Position numbers and translations under genes: made by a program. Below are positions 62,871 through 64,000 of a stretch of 64,000 nt of DNA, piece after piece. The notes under the pieces are model-generated. The model had not been told where the DNA came from. It did not search any database and saw only the letters and a list, made by a program, of their open reading frames with translations. The DNA is taken from the NCBI GenBank assembly GCA_963791615.1, contig CAWBTE010000005.1:136033-200032 (forward strand), in the 5' to 3' direction. Numbering within the stretch: the first letter of the stretch is position 1; every line of letters starts with the position of its first letter. Source of the stretch: an uncultured Pseudomonadota bacterium. Lineage in GTDB: Bacteria; Pseudomonadota; Gammaproteobacteria; Steroidobacterales; Steroidobacteraceae.

Positions 62871-64000
62871 ATGTATTGCCGCAACATGAAAATTCGCCGC
62901 GCCGTGTTGATTGCGCTCTCGGCCACCCTGGCCAGTGGCAACTACGCGTTAGCCGCTGATGCCGCACCCGTAGACGCGCTGGAAGAAGTCATCGTGACTG
63001 GCTCGCGCATCCGTCAGGATACCTACAGCAGCTCGGCACCCATGGACATCCTGACGCCGACCACCGCAATGGCGCAGGGCATCAGCAGTGTGGCTGGCTT
63101 GCTGCAGTCTGCAACCATCGCCGCCGGCTCACCGCAGGTCACGGCCGCTTCATCAACTGCCTTTGTGGAAAATGGTGGCATCGGCGCATCGACTCTGTCA
63201 CTACGCGGCCTGGGCGCCAACCGGACCCTGACCCTGTTGAACGGCCGCCGCGCCGGTCCCGCCGGTACCCGCGGCGGCGTCTCGTCTTTTGATCTGAATG
63301 TGATTCCACTGGGCGCCGTCGAACGCATTGAAATACTCAAGGATGGCGCTTCGTCTGTATACGGCTCGGATGCAGTGGCAGGCGTGGTTAATATCATTAC
63401 CAGAAAAGGTGATGGCGGTTCCGTGGAAGGCTTCGTTTCCAGACCCACGGATAGAGGTGGCGCGGAATCACGCCTCAGCGCCACATGGGGTCAGCAGTTT
63501 GATCGTGGCAACTTCAGGGTGACGCTCGACCATCATCGCGAAGCAGAATTGGCCAAGGGTGATCGCGGTTATTTCAGCTGCAATGAATCATACATTTTCA
63601 ACCCCACCACAGGCGCACGCCGCGACGTGATCGATCCACGCACTGGCAAGCCACGTTGCAACGATCTGACCTGGGGACATGTATGGGTTTATGACTATGC
63701 CGCTGATTTCGGCGATGGCTCCAGCAACGTGCCGGATTTCCCTACTCTCACGCAGTACGACTATGACGGCAATCTGGGTCAGTACATCCCCGGCTACGAT
63801 GTGGATCCAGGCAATCCCTACTGGCTGACCACGCCGGCTGGCTGGTTTCCGGTGAACTACGATCGCGCGTCGGATGCCGTAACCAATGCGGATCACCCGT
63901 TCCAGGATGCAGCCTCACTGATCCCGAAAACTGACAGAGACACTCTGTTCGCTGAAGGTGAATTCGAATTCAGCGATAGCGTTACTGGCTATTCAGAAGT
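62871..64000 (+). CDS. TonB-dependent receptor, N-terminal part (runs off the window end)
   Basis: This ORF is not in the track because it has no stop in the window. My translation gives M(YCRN)MKIRRAVLIALSATLASGNYALAADAAPVDALEEVIVTGSRIRQDTYSS...LSLRGLGANRTLTLLNGRR...ERIEILKDGASSVYGSDAVAGVVNIITR (TonB box and plug). ATG 62886 is an alternative start. Confidence 0.85.
   Translation, partial: MYCRNMKIRRAVLIALSATLASGNYALAADAAPVDALEEVIVTGSRIRQDTYSSSAPMDILTPTTAMAQGISSVAGLLQSATIAAGSPQVTAASSTAFVENGGIGASTLSLRGLGANRTLTLLNGRRAGPAGTRGGVSSFDLNVIPLGAVERIEILKDGASSVYGSDAVAGVVNIITRKGDGGSVEGFVSRPTDRGGAESRLSATWGQQFDRGNFRVTLDHHREAELAKGDRGYFSCNESYIFNPTTGARRDVIDPRTGKPRCNDLTWGHVWVYDYAADFGDGSSNVPDFPTLTQYDYDGNLGQYIPGYDVDPGNPYWLTTPAGWFPVNYDRASDAVTNADHPFQDAASLIPKTDRDTLFAEGEFEFSDSVTGYSE

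Overview
High-GC (about 60% by eye) proteobacterial chromosomal segment, densely coding on both strands. I saw no rRNA, tRNA or CRISPR. The backbone has three themes. (1) Sulfur: a BigR/SqrR-like ArsR regulator with tauE/safE and DUF2892, cysB, an OprO/P-type porin plus sbp, and cysK fused into an RND efflux operon. (2) Sugar catabolism: glk-pgl-zwf, edd-eda, and a sux-like sucrose locus (TonB-dependent receptor, GH13 sucrose phosphorylase-like enzyme, MFS, LacI, ROK fructokinase) with two near-identical palindromic operators. (3) Carbon storage: class III phaEC, glgA, glgC. The most unusual content is a tightly packed five-gene minus-strand operon (12934 to 4589). It encodes a CcmI-like cytochrome c chaperone, a His-rich polytopic inner-membrane protein, a 21-haem cytochrome built from seven c7-type triads, a 25/26-haem cytochrome built from ten tandem paired-CXXCH units, and a TPR plus beta-barrel outer-membrane protein. 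Diverging from it is a membrane-anchored 2x[4Fe-4S]/FAD oxidoreductase translationally coupled to a large Sel1+ankyrin secreted protein. I read this as a candidate trans-envelope electron conduit with a non-Mtr architecture. Other notable items: a 267-bp MITE-like element with perfect 31-bp terminal inverted repeats inserted in frame position into the 5-prime end of tauE/safE; an AT-rich island after eda carrying a transmembrane/coiled-coil/Mrr-nuclease protein and a higBA pair; a 10-bp tandem duplication that splits an AraC-Ogt (Ada-like) gene; and four further frame disruptions (RND permease, porin, ABC exporter, higA). Together that is six broken genes in 64 kb, so read-level verification is needed to separate sequencing error from real gene decay. 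All calls come from reading the sequence and the ORF track; no database search was run.
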